This document shows positions 39,902-51,515 of a DNA stretch of 64,000 nt, piece after piece. The stretch is from NCBI GenBank assembly GCA_965216565.1, contig OZ244170.1:3424001-3488000 (forward strand), in the 5' to 3' direction. Below the pieces are notes generated by a model. It was not told the DNA's origin. It did not search any database and saw nothing but the letters and a program-made list of their open reading frames with translations. Numbering within the stretch: position 1 is the first letter of the stretch; every line of letters begins with the position of its first letter. The stretch comes from Bythopirellula sp. (GTDB lineage Bacteria > Planctomycetota > Planctomycetia > Pirellulales > Lacipirellulaceae). The translations under genes and the position numbers were made by a program.

Positions 39902-42202
39902 ATGACTGAGCCCGTTACGGATAGGCCCTCCCAGGTATGGCCACTCGCAAATTGGGTCGTAGCGAAACGAAGTTGGCTGCTAATTGTCGGCTTGGTCGTA
40001 GCAGCTTACTGCGCCTACCTGGGTACAGGGTTGCATCTGGACCATTCAGTAGAAGACCTCTTTGCCGAATCGGACCCCATCCTCCAACCCTACCGACAAT
40101 TGCAAGAGTCGTTCGGCCGAAATGACATTCTGCTCGCCGTGTATGAGGAGCCCGATCTCAAGACGGATGCGGGACAGCAGCGCATCAAGCAACTTACCGA
40201 AACCATTCGCGAGGTCCCAGGAGTCGTAGGGGCGGTCTCCCTGATGGACCTACCATCTGCCGCAGATTTTTCTGATACAGTACGTGGCGAGAAATTCCGC
40301 AAGGTGTTTACTGGTTACACCCACAACAAGAATCATAATATCGCCGGTGTGATTTGTTTGCTCGATGTTTCCACAGGCGGACTTCAGGCACGGCGAGATA
40401 CTTTGAGCCAAGTGAGGGGAATAGTCACCGCTCTGCCCTCTGGCACCTTGGTGGGGGAAACAGTGATCTTGCAAGAGGCTTTCGATTTACTCGAAGCTGA
40501 CGGTCAGCGACTCAATACGTGGTGCACCGTTTTGCTGCTGGCAGTTGTGTGGATTTGCTTCCGCAGCTGGCGTTGGCTTGCGCTAACCTTCGTTGTGGTG
40601 CAGATGACGCTCGCGCTTACACGGGGCCTATTGGTTGCCCTGGGTTTGCAGTTGACGATGGTTAGCTCCATGCTCGCTGCCATTGTAACGGTCGTGAGCG
40701 TAGCGATGGTGATTCACGTGATTGTTCGGTTCCGTGCGGGAATCAGCCGGGGGCTAACGCGGCAAGAATCGCTAACACATACCATGCAAATCTTAGCATG
40801 GCCCGTTTTCTTTGCTTGCCTCACTGATGCCGCGGGCTTCGCAGCGTTGATGATTTCTCAGGTAGGTCCCATTCAAGACTTTGGACTCATGATGGCTCTA
40901 GGCAGCATGACGGTCTTAGTGAGTGCGGTTCTCGCCGTACCGGGAATCGTGCTGCTGGGCAGTGTGGGCTCAACTCCAAAACCTACCTCAGCAAGTACAG
41001 GACTGAAAGACAGTTTGGTTCGACTGCTAAACTGGGCGACTACGCATCGCACAAAACTTCTTTCCGGCGGGGCCACCCTTTCGCTCGTTGCCGCCCTAGG
41101 ATGTCCATTGCTGCAAGTGGAAACAGATTTCACCAAGAACTTTCATCGCGAGAGTGATCTGCTGAAGGGCTATGGCTATGTCGAGGATCGTTTCGGTGGC
41201 GCAGGCGTTTGGGACATTTTGATTCCCATCGATCAGCCGCCCAATAAGAAGTTTCTGTTAGACGTGCTCGCCTTGGAGCGAAAGCTGGAAGACCAAGTTG
41301 AAAATGTCAGCAGTGCCATTTCATTGGCCGATGCAATTGACGCCGGTACCGCGGGACTCGATAAGATCGGACTCTTGGCCGGAACGGCGGTACGCAGTTC
41401 GATCAGTCTCATGCGAGCGAGAATACCAACCTTCGTCGAAGCGATCTACTATCCGGCCGAACCGCAGCAACCGGGACTAGTGCGAATCATGCTCCGTAGT
41501 CCAGAGCGTCTGCCTGCGGAGGCCAAATTGGAAGTGATAGAGGAAGTCCGACGTTTAACGCGCGAAAGTTTCCCTCATGCTGAAGTCACGGGCTACTACG
41601 TGCTGCTGACAAGCTTGGTCGACAGCCTGCTCGGCGATCAGTGGACCACTTTTGCCGTAGCTGCAGTGGCGATTCTGGCAATGATGTCGCTGGCTTTCGG
41701 TAGTTTTCGACTCGCGGTAGTGACACTAATCCCCAACGCACTGCCGGTGTTGTGGGTGTTTGGTGCAATGGGACTTCTGGGAATCCGCATGAACATGGGC
41801 GCGGCGATGATTGCTGCCGTTTCGTTGGGGCTATCGGTCGACGGTTCGATTCACTACGTCACTTCATTCTTGCGCGAACGCCAATCGGGGGCGTCAGTCA
41901 CCGTAGCACTAGAGCGCGTACAAAGTACCGTGGGCTTAGCAGCCGTACTGGCCACGCTGGCATTGGTGATAGGCTTTGCCACCTTGTGCATCAGCGAATT
42001 CCTGCCCACCGTCTACTTCGGCACACTGGTCAGCCTCTCGATGCTCGGCGGACTGGTGGGCAACTTAATAGTGCTGCCAATTCTCATTCAGGCAGTTGAA
42101 AAGAACCCCCAAGAAGATACTACAGTCGGCGATGCTCGCATTCAACCGCATCTCAACGGGCATTTGGGACAATCGGTTCACTCAGACCAACTGAAGCTTT
42201 AG
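39902..42202 (+). CDS. MMPL/RND superfamily transporter
   Basis: Two-fold TM-loop-5TM repeat; CLTDAAGFAAL; LGLSVDGSIHY; LVIGFATL..S.F.P..YFG. Confidence 0.9.
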   Translation: MTEPVTDRPSQVWPLANWVVAKRSWLLIVGLVVAAYCAYLGTGLHLDHSVEDLFAESDPILQPYRQLQESFGRNDILLAVYEEPDLKTDAGQQRIKQLTETIREVPGVVGAVSLMDLPSAADFSDTVRGEKFRKVFTGYTHNKNHNIAGVICLLDVSTGGLQARRDTLSQVRGIVTALPSGTLVGETVILQEAFDLLEADGQRLNTWCTVLLLAVVWICFRSWRWLALTFVVVQMTLALTRGLLVALGLQLTMVSSMLAAIVTVVSVAMVIHVIVRFRAGISRGLTRQESLTHTMQILAWPVFFACLTDAAGFAALMISQVGPIQDFGLMMALGSMTVLVSAVLAVPGIVLLGSVGSTPKPTSASTGLKDSLVRLLNWATTHRTKLLSGGATLSLVAALGCPLLQVETDFTKNFHRESDLLKGYGYVEDRFGGAGVWDILIPIDQPPNKKFLLDVLALERKLEDQVENVSSAISLADAIDAGTAGLDKIGLLAGTAVRSSISLMRARIPTFVEAIYYPAEPQQPGLVRIMLRSPERLPAEAKLEVIEEVRRLTRESFPHAEVTGYYVLLTSLVDSLLGDQWTTFAVAAVAILAMMSLAFGSFRLAVVTLIPNALPVLWVFGAMGLLGIRMNMGAAMIAAVSLGLSVDGSIHYVTSFLRERQSGASVTVALERVQSTVGLAAVLATLALVIGFATLCISEFLPTVYFGTLVSLSMLGGLVGNLIVLPILIQAVEKNPQEDTTVGDARIQPHLNGHLGQSVHSDQLKL

Positions 42203-42220
42203 AACCTGCTAACAGTTAGT

Positions 42221-42251
42221 CTCTGCGAACTTTGCGATCTCTGCGGTTCAA
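42221..42251 (-). repeat. 9-bp-period array between convergent genes
   Basis: Reverse complement reads TTGAAC CGCAGAGAT CGCAAAGTT CGCAGAG. Confidence 0.7.
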
Positions 42252-42327
42252 CTATTGCTGAGTTGAATCTAGAAACCTGAACAGATCGTGGAGGACATAG
42301 ACCTTCCTAGCAAACAAACTCAAGCAA

Positions 42328-44688
42328 TTAGTTCCCAACTAACCCAGCATCCGGCGACAGCGTATACATCAACACATTCAGCCCAATGCGGGCGGCGTCT
42401 TTGCGGGTATAGCCACGGCACTCGAGCGCCTCGTGTTGTTCCAAGGCGCAACTGATATCATAGGGTGAAAACACTACCGCCCACCGGTCATCGATTTTGA
42501 TACCTTCCAACTCGGGCTCAACTTTGCGCACCCTGGCACGGAGCGGTTCATCGGCTTGTTGCGCAACGGGATCGCGGCGTTCTACTTGACTTATGTCAAA
42601 ACCACCGGCTGCGTTGGAAAAAATGGGATCGCTTGCCGGAATGCGTTGTAGATTTGCGGAAGGTATTACAGCTTTGATCTCGCGACGGAACGCTTTGACA
42701 AACTCTTCGCTCGCACAAATGGCATCCGCCATCAGAGTTCCACCGTTTTCCAAATAGGCTCGCAAATTGTCCCGTTCGCTAGGTGTGAACCGGAAATCGT
42801 GCCTGCCGTGCATAAACGCCAGGATGAACCGCTTGAGGTTTTCATCGCTCGCCTTTAAGGGAAACTCGCTGGTGTTGATCTGAAGTTTGAGATCTCCCTG
42901 GGCCGCTGCGCGGAGCAAGTTTACCAGAGCACCAGGTGCATCGTTGCATCCGCCGCCGTGCTGGAGCTTCGCAATTTGAATGGTGCCGCGACTGTCGGCT
43001 GCATCGAGCGCTGCAATATCAGACAGATCCACGAACGCCGCCTCCTTGCCCTTGGGTTCGCGATTGGTGGCATAGGCCAATACGTTCACGCCCACGGCCA
43101 TGGCATCGTCTAAGCGATTCTGGGTAATCTTCGGCATGCCAAGTTCCCGCCCGGTGCCATAGAGTTCCCAGTAGCAGGAGAGATCGATTTCAGAAAACAC
43201 CATGCAAGTTCGGCAACCGTATTCCACGGTCCAAATACGGCCTGCATAGGGAGACTCCGGCCGTACCAGTTCTTCTACTCGCCACAAGGGATGCTCGGGT
43301 CCGGCACGCCGCAAGTCGTATTCCTGTTCGGGAAAGACTCGATTAACGAATTTGCGAATCTCCTTTTCAAATTGCGTTCCATCGACACAACATGCCTCTG
43401 AAAACAAAAAACCACCACGGTCGAGATAGTCGCGAATCTTTTTCGCCTGCCCGTCGAGATTGGGTGTGCGACTCCCGCTGAGCAAAAGCACCGGTGCCTG
43501 CAAGAGATCGTCGACCGAAGAATCCTCCAAATCGACGATCTGCCAAGTCATGTCGAGATCCCACAACTTCTCGGCTCTGGCGGTGAGATGGGCGACGTCA
43601 CTCTCATGGTTGTTCCAGTCATCCCCTGGTTCGTGCTTGAGTTTCGCCACGAGAACGGGACGTCGGCCTTTGGACAAAAACAGCAGGGCATATGAGGTAA
43701 CCACATGAGGATTGTCTTCCGAGTGTCCCGAACCAATCCAATAATGATTAAATGGATCCTGCTGACGGACGAGAAACTCAGCTCCTTCGCGATACCAGTC
43801 GTGCCCGCCAATCATACGGCGAGCTGTAAGGCGCCCAACACGTTCCAGTCCGTACAGATAGTAGTAGTGCCAGACTGCCCCACCACCGCCACGACGTCCA
43901 GGATTGCGTCGCACCGAAAAGTTTCTACCCAGCCAACCAAGTGCTCGTTCTAGCGAATCGTTTTCTTCCTGTGGCTGGCAGCAGCGGACCAATCCATTCT
44001 TCACTTCTGCGTTGGGCGGATTTACTCTGCCCGCACAAATGACCGTAGCGCCGATCCCGGCACAAGTCATGCTCGCAAGTCCCTCGGTCCAACCCGATTG
44101 ATAACCCCAGGAGCCGTCCGCATTTTGACAACCGGCCCAATACTCCGCCGCGCGACGCCAAGTGGCGGGATCGACTTTGGCGCCGGCACGCTCAGCTTCG
44201 TGGAGCGCGAGCACAGCAAACTGCGTGTTGCTATTATCGCCGCCACCTCCGGGGTAGGACCACAAACCGGCGGGGAGCTGATTGGTTTCCAACCAACGGA
44301 CCGATTCCTGGATTGCCAATCTGTCGCGATTAGGTTCGGCTGCGCAAAGCACCATGGTGCGGAGGGCAACGCTATAGGTCTTTTTGAGCTCAACTTTACG
44401 GAGCATTTTGAGCGCGTCTTGAATGACCGGATCGCTAGGTGGCACACCACAATTGAGCAGGGCCAATGTACACAAGGCCGTGACTCCGCCCTCGTACTGG
44501 GCCACATCGTTCCAGGTACCTCGATTGCTCTGCTGGCTCTTGAGATATTTCACGCCTTGGTCGATCGACTCGCGCACCATCTCGGCCGTCACGGGCCCTT
44601 GATCCTGAGCCAAGGCTGGAGCCAGCCAAAACAGAAAACAGGCGGCAAACCCAGCTCTGAAGGCAATCTTTCTCAGCGAACGTTCCAT
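42328..44688 (-). CDS. Secreted protein: prenyltransferase/terpene-cyclase-like alpha-alpha barrel plus two DUF4159 domains
   Basis: Signal peptide; QW-like repeats YLKSQQ..GTW, WLETNQ...GLW, YW..CQN.DGSW; repeated YLDRGGFL and YLENGGTL. Confidence 0.85.
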   Translation of the reverse strand: MERSLRKIAFRAGFAACFLFWLAPALAQDQGPVTAEMVRESIDQGVKYLKSQQSNRGTWNDVAQYEGGVTALCTLALLNCGVPPSDPVIQDALKMLRKVELKKTYSVALRTMVLCAAEPNRDRLAIQESVRWLETNQLPAGLWSYPGGGGDNSNTQFAVLALHEAERAGAKVDPATWRRAAEYWAGCQNADGSWGYQSGWTEGLASMTCAGIGATVICAGRVNPPNAEVKNGLVRCCQPQEENDSLERALGWLGRNFSVRRNPGRRGGGGAVWHYYYLYGLERVGRLTARRMIGGHDWYREGAEFLVRQQDPFNHYWIGSGHSEDNPHVVTSYALLFLSKGRRPVLVAKLKHEPGDDWNNHESDVAHLTARAEKLWDLDMTWQIVDLEDSSVDDLLQAPVLLLSGSRTPNLDGQAKKIRDYLDRGGFLFSEACCVDGTQFEKEIRKFVNRVFPEQEYDLRRAGPEHPLWRVEELVRPESPYAGRIWTVEYGCRTCMVFSEIDLSCYWELYGTGRELGMPKITQNRLDDAMAVGVNVLAYATNREPKGKEAAFVDLSDIAALDAADSRGTIQIAKLQHGGGCNDAPGALVNLLRAAAQGDLKLQINTSEFPLKASDENLKRFILAFMHGRHDFRFTPSERDNLRAYLENGGTLMADAICASEEFVKAFRREIKAVIPSANLQRIPASDPIFSNAAGGFDISQVERRDPVAQQADEPLRARVRKVEPELEGIKIDDRWAVVFSPYDISCALEQHEALECRGYTRKDAARIGLNVLMYTLSPDAGLVGN

Positions 44689-44785
44689 GCGTTTGATGCG
44701 AATCCTAATTCGTGCGAAAAGCCAAAAGTCTAACTGTATCGTAAGGTGCGATAGCTAGGGAAACAATGCGCACGAATGCCCTACA

Positions 44786-44814
44786 TTGTCGGTTCCTTCC
44801 TGCAGCTATAGAAT
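44786..44814 (+). promoter_or_regulatory. Candidate sigma-70 promoter of the moxR operon
   Basis: TTGTCG-17 nt-TAGAAT. Confidence 0.5.
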
Positions 44815-44892
44815 TATCGTTGCAAAGCGAGCTTCCAGCTGGCCAACGAAATTCATCGACCAAAGCCAATTCAGATATCTAAGGATGACACT

Positions 44893-45915
<1,023 letters not shown>

Positions 45916-45934
45916 GCAGCGGGCTGCATGAAAG

Positions 45935-46049
45935 TAAACCACAAAGGCACGAAGAACACAAAGGAAGGGACAGGATTACAGGATTGGCAAAATCAACGGG
46001 ATTCTCTTGATACCTATCCTGTTAATCCAGCCAATCTTGTCATCCTGTC
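45935..46049. repeat. Periodic array plus ~34-bp inverted repeat between moxR and the DUF58 gene
   Basis: TAAAC CACAAAGG CACGAAGAA CACAAAGG; GACAGGATTACAGGATTGGCAAAATCAACGGGAT versus ATCCTGTTAATCCAGCCAATCTTGTCATCCTGTC. Confidence 0.8.
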
Positions 46050-46086
46050 AAAATGTCTGAGTGGCCCCAGTGGTAGTTAAGACGAC

Positions 46087-46983
46087 ATGTCTACTGTCGA
46101 AAAGTATTTAAAACCCGAAGTAATCCGCCAGATTTCGCGGCTGGATCTGCGCGCTCAGTTCATTGTAAAAGGATTTCTTCAGGGACTTCATGCCAGCCCT
46201 TTCCACGGTTTCTCGGTCGAGTTCAGCGAGCATCGTAAGTACGCTCCCGGCGACAATCCCGACGACATCGACTGGCTGGTTTACGCTAAAACAGACAAGT
46301 ACTACGTCAAGAAATTCGAAGCGGAAACAAACCTCACTGGCTACCTGGTGATGGACCTGAGCGCGTCGATGGCTTACACGCACTCGCAAGAGCTGAGCAA
46401 ATTCGAATACTCCATTTGCCTGGCGGCAGCGCTGTGTTATCTGATGATCCACCAGCAAGATCCGGTAGGGCTGGTCACCTTTGGCGAACGCATCGTCGAC
46501 AGCCTCGCACCAAAGTCCAAGCGACAGCAGATTGGCAATATTCTATCGCTACTCGCCAGGCTTGAGCCAAAGGACAAAACCAACGTTGCCCAAAGCCTTT
46601 CCCAACTGGCAGCTATGCTCAAGCACAGTAGCTTGGTGATGATATTTAGCGATCTGCTGGTCGATCCGGAACCGGTGATCGCTTCGCTACGTCAACTAAG
46701 GCATGGGGGTCACGACGTGATTTTGTTTCACGTTCTCGATCAAGCAGAGGTCGCTTTTCCATTCGAGGGCTTGGTGGAACTCCGCGATCCGGAGACGGGC
46801 GATGTGCTAGAAGTTGATGCCGATGCTTATCGACGCGATTACTTAGAAGAAATCGAAGGCTTTCGCACCCTGTACGCCAAGGAATGCCGTCAAAGCCACA
46901 TCGACTATGTACCACTAGATACTAGCATGCCGTTCGATCGAGCACTGACCGAATACCTCGCCAACCGTAGAAGCTGGGGGTAG
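46087..46983 (+). CDS. DUF58 (VWA-like) protein
   Basis: G.H.SPFHG.SVEFSEHR.Y.PGD...IDW; MDLSASM; FSDL. Confidence 0.94.
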   Translation: MSTVEKYLKPEVIRQISRLDLRAQFIVKGFLQGLHASPFHGFSVEFSEHRKYAPGDNPDDIDWLVYAKTDKYYVKKFEAETNLTGYLVMDLSASMAYTHSQELSKFEYSICLAAALCYLMIHQQDPVGLVTFGERIVDSLAPKSKRQQIGNILSLLARLEPKDKTNVAQSLSQLAAMLKHSSLVMIFSDLLVDPEPVIASLRQLRHGGHDVILFHVLDQAEVAFPFEGLVELRDPETGDVLEVDADAYRRDYLEEIEGFRTLYAKECRQSHIDYVPLDTSMPFDRALTEYLANRRSWG

Positions 46984-46990
46984 AAATGGG

Positions 46991-47068
46991 GCCCTCTTCC
47001 CCGGTAGGGAGGGCGGTTTAGATGACAGATTGAACTCACAACTCAATACTCATCACTCAAAACTCTTT
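46991..47068. repeat. Palindrome plus 7-bp tandem array abutting the next start codon
   Basis: GCCCTCTTCCCCGGTAGGGAGGGC; ACTCACA ACTCAAT ACTCATC ACTCAAA ACTCTTT then ATG. Confidence 0.7.
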
Positions 47069-49201
47069 ATGGGATTCCTCACACCAGCCTTGCTTGCCGG
47101 AACGGCGCTCGTTGCCGTGCCGATTGTGTTGCATCTCATCATGCGTCGTGAACCGCGTCGGCTCGTGTTTCCCGCGCTACAGTTTATTCAACAACGTCAG
47201 CACGCAAATCGTCGCCGCCTCAATCTGCGACATTGGCTCTTGCTGGCTCTGCGCTGTGCGTTGATCGCCGGTATTGCTTTCGCACTTGCCAGACCAACGC
47301 TGAAAGGCAGTGGTCTGCGCGGCAAAGAAGGCGCACCCCTCGCTGTAGCCCTAGTCGTCGACAACTCGCTACGGATGCAATACATCCACGAGAACCAAAC
47401 CAGACAGCAGGCGGCATTGGAAATGGCCCAGGCGCTCGTTACCAAGCTCCCCGAGGATGCTCAAGTGGCGATCCTTGATCTTGGCCGTTCCTCGAGTGGC
47501 TTTGTTGTTGACCTGAGCACTGCTGAGTCGCGATTACAAAACATGACGCCCTCGGCTAACGTCCGACCGCTGGAAGACGCCGTGCAAGAAGCCTTCGAAC
47601 TTGTTGCCGACCGAGAGGACTACCGCCAAGAAGTTTTTGTATTTAGTGACATGAGCACTGCCGCCTGGAATGAAACGGCGCAACAATCGATCAACAAGCT
47701 ACTCACCGATTCGCCCGAGATCAGGCTCTACTTGGTAGATCTCTCCAGCCCTAAGGTCAACAATTTGTCGCTGGATCCTTTGCAAATCCGGCGCAGCTCG
47801 CTTCGCGCTGGCGAGCCGCTCCACCTGCGAGCGCCCGTTTCTGCGATTGGGAAAAGCGAGTCGCCGCTGATCGAACTCTATCTGCTCGATAGTAATGGTC
47901 AGCCCGTCAAACGGGGCCAGCGCATGGTGAACCTTTCTCCAGAAGGGACCGGAGAAGCAACCTTCGAACTTGCCGGCCTTTCGCTCGGTTCTCATCAAGG
48001 TTTTGTAAAGCTACCTGAAGCAGATCCTCTAGAAGTCGATAATACACGCTACTTCACGGTAGAAGTTCAGCCGCCTGCTCAGGTCTTGTTGCTTGCGGAG
48101 CGCGAGAGAGATGCGGTGTTTCTACGCGAGGCACTGCAACCCTCCCTAGCCGATGGGTCGGCACCCGCTCGATTCGATTGCAACGTAAAAAGATTTTCAG
48201 AAGCTACGAAGATTCAGTTAGATCAATACGATGCTATCTGTTTGCTCGATCCGCCCGACTTAAGCGAACCCCTGTGGAAAGCACTCGTCGACTATGCCGA
48301 CAACGGAGGTGGCATTGGGATTTTTCTCGGCCACCGTGCGCGAGCAGCTACTTTCAACAATAGCGCGGCGAATCAGCTACTGCCCGGGCCACTGAAACTC
48401 CGATCTCGTTATGCCACTTACTTGCGACCGCGAGGTCTAGATCATCCAGCGCTTGCCGGCTTGCGAGACTACGCTGAGGAAATTCCGTGGCAAGTGTACC
48501 CAGTCTGGCAGTTCTGGGAATTCGACGAGTTCGTGGGGAACACGTTTATCGTGGCCCACTTCGACAACAACCGCCCAGCTCTTTTGGAGCGTGCGTTGGG
48601 CCGCGGCCGCGTGATGACGTTGGCCACGCCGCTATCCGACCCACTCGAACCAAAGGATCGCGAGCCCTGGAATCTACTCCCCACCGGCCCCGAGCCGTGG
48701 CCCTTCTTAGCACTCAGCAATCAACTCGTAGGTTACCTGGCCCAACGAGGCAACGACCAGCACTCTTTCCAAGCTGGAGAAACCGTCAATCTCCAACTCT
48801 CGGCCAAGCAGCAGGTTTCTAGCTACGCGCTCTATCTGCCCTCGGGGGATTCCGTCCGGCGCAGCCTCCCGCCAGGTGACGATACGATTCGAATTGGAAC
48901 AACGGGCGACTTGGGGAATTACCGTGTGGCTGCGGGTGGACAAAACCGCCTTTTGGATCGCGGTTTTAGTATCAATCCTTCAGCAGACATCTCGCGACTG
49001 GAACGCATCGATGCGAAAGAGTTACTCGCAGCGCTTCCGAAAGATCAGGTCGAGATCGCTGCTAATTTGGGGGACGTCGAACGATTTGTCGACATCGGAC
49101 GCAGCGGCAGAGAACTTTTCCCCTGGGCTATTTCGCTGGTCGCTCTGGTCTGGGGGGCAGAACACTTACTTTCTAACCGCTTCTACCGGGAGGCGGCATG
49201 A
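47069..49201 (+). CDS. BatA N-terminal domain + VWA + Ig-like/GATase-like membrane protein
   Basis: PIVLHLI.RR....FPAL.F..LLLALR.......LARP; VDNSLRM; FSDM; C-terminal TM. Confidence 0.88.
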   Translation: MGFLTPALLAGTALVAVPIVLHLIMRREPRRLVFPALQFIQQRQHANRRRLNLRHWLLLALRCALIAGIAFALARPTLKGSGLRGKEGAPLAVALVVDNSLRMQYIHENQTRQQAALEMAQALVTKLPEDAQVAILDLGRSSSGFVVDLSTAESRLQNMTPSANVRPLEDAVQEAFELVADREDYRQEVFVFSDMSTAAWNETAQQSINKLLTDSPEIRLYLVDLSSPKVNNLSLDPLQIRRSSLRAGEPLHLRAPVSAIGKSESPLIELYLLDSNGQPVKRGQRMVNLSPEGTGEATFELAGLSLGSHQGFVKLPEADPLEVDNTRYFTVEVQPPAQVLLLAERERDAVFLREALQPSLADGSAPARFDCNVKRFSEATKIQLDQYDAICLLDPPDLSEPLWKALVDYADNGGGIGIFLGHRARAATFNNSAANQLLPGPLKLRSRYATYLRPRGLDHPALAGLRDYAEEIPWQVYPVWQFWEFDEFVGNTFIVAHFDNNRPALLERALGRGRVMTLATPLSDPLEPKDREPWNLLPTGPEPWPFLALSNQLVGYLAQRGNDQHSFQAGETVNLQLSAKQQVSSYALYLPSGDSVRRSLPPGDDTIRIGTTGDLGNYRVAAGGQNRLLDRGFSINPSADISRLERIDAKELLAALPKDQVEIAANLGDVERFVDIGRSGRELFPWAISLVALVWGAEHLLSNRFYREAA

Positions 49202-51477
49202 ATACCTGGGGATTCGACCCGCTGGGAGGACCAACACTGCTGACGGTCTTGGCTGTGCTGATGGTTGGGGCGCTGTTTGTGGGACCCTCGGCCAAGAAAC
49301 TCAGCGGGAGAAAAAAACTCTGCCTGGCTGCCCTGCGTGGTGCTTCAGCGCTAATAATTCTGCTAGTTATGTTACGGCCCACGCTTGTAACAACCGAAAC
49401 CCGCAAACAGCCGGGTACCCTGCTAATGCTGGCCGATAGCTCTCGCAGTATGCAGATTGACGACTCGGTAGGCGATGCGTCGCGCTGGGCAACCCTCAAA
49501 GAAATGCTTGCTACGTCGAGCGAAGAATTAGCCGCTTTGGCGGAATCCTGGGATTTGAAACTCTACGAATTCGACCAAGAGATTCATCCCGTGCAAATAG
49601 AAGAGGGCCAGCCAAAACTTGCGGAAGATCCCGATGGTTCGGAGTCGGCAATTGGCTCAGCGCTCGACGACGCACTACAACGAGAAGCGCAGCAGAGAAT
49701 TGTGGCAGTCTTGCTAATGAGCGACGGTGCCCAGCGCGCGTTCGCCCCGCGCGATATGCCTCCGCAATCGGCTGCACGACGGTTGGCTGTTGACCAGATC
49801 CCCCTCTATACCTTTACCTTCGGCAAACCCGCGCTGGGCCTGCAGTCGGACCTCCGTATTGACGACATGTTGGTGAGCGATGTTGTATTTGCCGAAACCC
49901 CGGCCGATGTGCAAGTCGTATTGGGCGCCGATGGCTATACGAACCAATCATTCAATGTCCAGTTGTTGTGGGAATCGCTGGAAGGTGAGATGGAAGTTGT
50001 CGATGCCGAGCAAGTCACGGTGAAAAACAATAGCCGACGGATTCCCATCACGTTGAATCACACGCCGGTAGAACCGGGCGAGTATAAAGTCACGGTTCAG
50101 GTGGAATCACCCGAGGGAGAACTCGCCACCACCAATAATCAGCAAAGCACTTTTGTCACTGTCCTCAAGGGAGGCGTGAATGTGCTGTACGTGGCGGGCT
50201 CGGCACGCGTGGGGGGTGGCCCTGGAATCGAACCCAGGTTCGTGCGGAGTGCCTTAGCGCCCCATGCCGACATCAACTTGCGATACGACCTGCTCGACTA
50301 TCGTCGCCAAAGAATCAGCTTTAGCGAGCAACTGCGTGAAGGCAAATACGATGTTTTTCTACTAGGCAACGTCGATTCCTCGGCCTTCGATAAAGCTACT
50401 TGGCGAAAAATTGCCGAGGACGTCGACCGCGGCGCCGGATTGGCAATGCTCGGTGGGTTTCATAGTTTTGGTCCAGGCGGATATCGTGGCACGCCATTAG
50501 AAAGAGCCTTGCCGGTGATCATGGGCAAGGCGGAGCGTCAAAACTTCGGCGAACCACCGCGACAGGATATGCATATCCCAGGACCCGTTCGATTTGTACC
50601 CGTAGAGCTTGGTGGACAGCTGCACCCCATCCTGCAAATCGAGACGGACGAGACACAATCGTTTGATTGGGCTCAATTGCCGCCGCTGCCGGGAGCCAAC
50701 CGCATAGAACGCTCGCGGCTGAGACCCAATGCTCAGGTCATCGCAGAAACTTCCGATGCACGCCGCTGGCCACTTATGGTGACCGGGGCCTGGGGAAGTG
50801 GGCGGACAGTGGCTCTTGCCATCGACTCAACCTGGCGCTGGCAGATGGAGGGCTTCGGCAATGTTCAGCAACGTTTTTGGCGGCAACTTGTGTTATGGCT
50901 AGCTCGCAAGGATGACACCGATGCCGAGGCCGTGTGGGTTCGGCTCGATGGTCGCCGGTATCAGCGTGGCAGTCGCGTGGAATTCTCATTGGGCGTGAAT
51001 GACGAGCAACGCAACGCAATTGACAACGCCGCTTTCGAAGTCCAGATCGAAAAGCCGGATGGCTCTACGGTGAGTGTCGTTCCTAGCCCTCGGGGGGATA
51101 ATCTCGCTGGCAGCTTTACCGAAACCGACCTGCCCGGTGACTATCGGGTGACGGTGGCCGCCTCAGCGGGAGGCAACGTTCTCGGCTCGGCACAAGCACG
51201 ATTCACGGTCCCCGACCGCGATATGGAACTCGATCAACCCGCCGCAGAGCCGACCCTCATGGCATCGCTCGCCAATCTCACCGCCGAAGCGGGCGGCTCA
51301 GGACTTGCTCCCGAGGAATTTCCCTCCTTGCTAGAGCAACTCAAAAAACGCACCAAGGAATTCGAAGAAGAGATCACCCGCAAGCGTTCGCTCTGGGATA
51401 CGTGGCCCGTGTTGCTCGCGCTAGTGGCCATTCTCAGTGGCGAATGGTATTTGCGAAAACGGTGGGGGCTTGTGTGA
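49198..51477 (+). CDS. VWA + glutamine-amidotransferase-like (DUF1355-type) membrane protein
   Basis: MIDAS DSSRSM..LMSDG; GGFHSFGPGGY..TPL...LPV; GSGR......TWRW; FWRQLV.WL; EW.LRKRWGLV; ATGA overlap. Confidence 0.85.
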   Translation: MNTWGFDPLGGPTLLTVLAVLMVGALFVGPSAKKLSGRKKLCLAALRGASALIILLVMLRPTLVTTETRKQPGTLLMLADSSRSMQIDDSVGDASRWATLKEMLATSSEELAALAESWDLKLYEFDQEIHPVQIEEGQPKLAEDPDGSESAIGSALDDALQREAQQRIVAVLLMSDGAQRAFAPRDMPPQSAARRLAVDQIPLYTFTFGKPALGLQSDLRIDDMLVSDVVFAETPADVQVVLGADGYTNQSFNVQLLWESLEGEMEVVDAEQVTVKNNSRRIPITLNHTPVEPGEYKVTVQVESPEGELATTNNQQSTFVTVLKGGVNVLYVAGSARVGGGPGIEPRFVRSALAPHADINLRYDLLDYRRQRISFSEQLREGKYDVFLLGNVDSSAFDKATWRKIAEDVDRGAGLAMLGGFHSFGPGGYRGTPLERALPVIMGKAERQNFGEPPRQDMHIPGPVRFVPVELGGQLHPILQIETDETQSFDWAQLPPLPGANRIERSRLRPNAQVIAETSDARRWPLMVTGAWGSGRTVALAIDSTWRWQMEGFGNVQQRFWRQLVLWLARKDDTDAEAVWVRLDGRRYQRGSRVEFSLGVNDEQRNAIDNAAFEVQIEKPDGSTVSVVPSPRGDNLAGSFTETDLPGDYRVTVAASAGGNVLGSAQARFTVPDRDMELDQPAAEPTLMASLANLTAEAGGSGLAPEEFPSLLEQLKKRTKEFEEEITRKRSLWDTWPVLLALVAILSGEWYLRKRWGLV

Positions 51478-51515
51478 CAAACTAGAAATCTAGCATTGAC
51501 CCGAGAAACAATTCT

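Noticed and set aside
42328..44688. Squalene-hopene cyclase / hopanoid cluster with MMPL as HpnN
   Set aside because: There is no DxDD motif, only one barrel plus a signal peptide and DUF4159 domains, and no hpn genes nearby.
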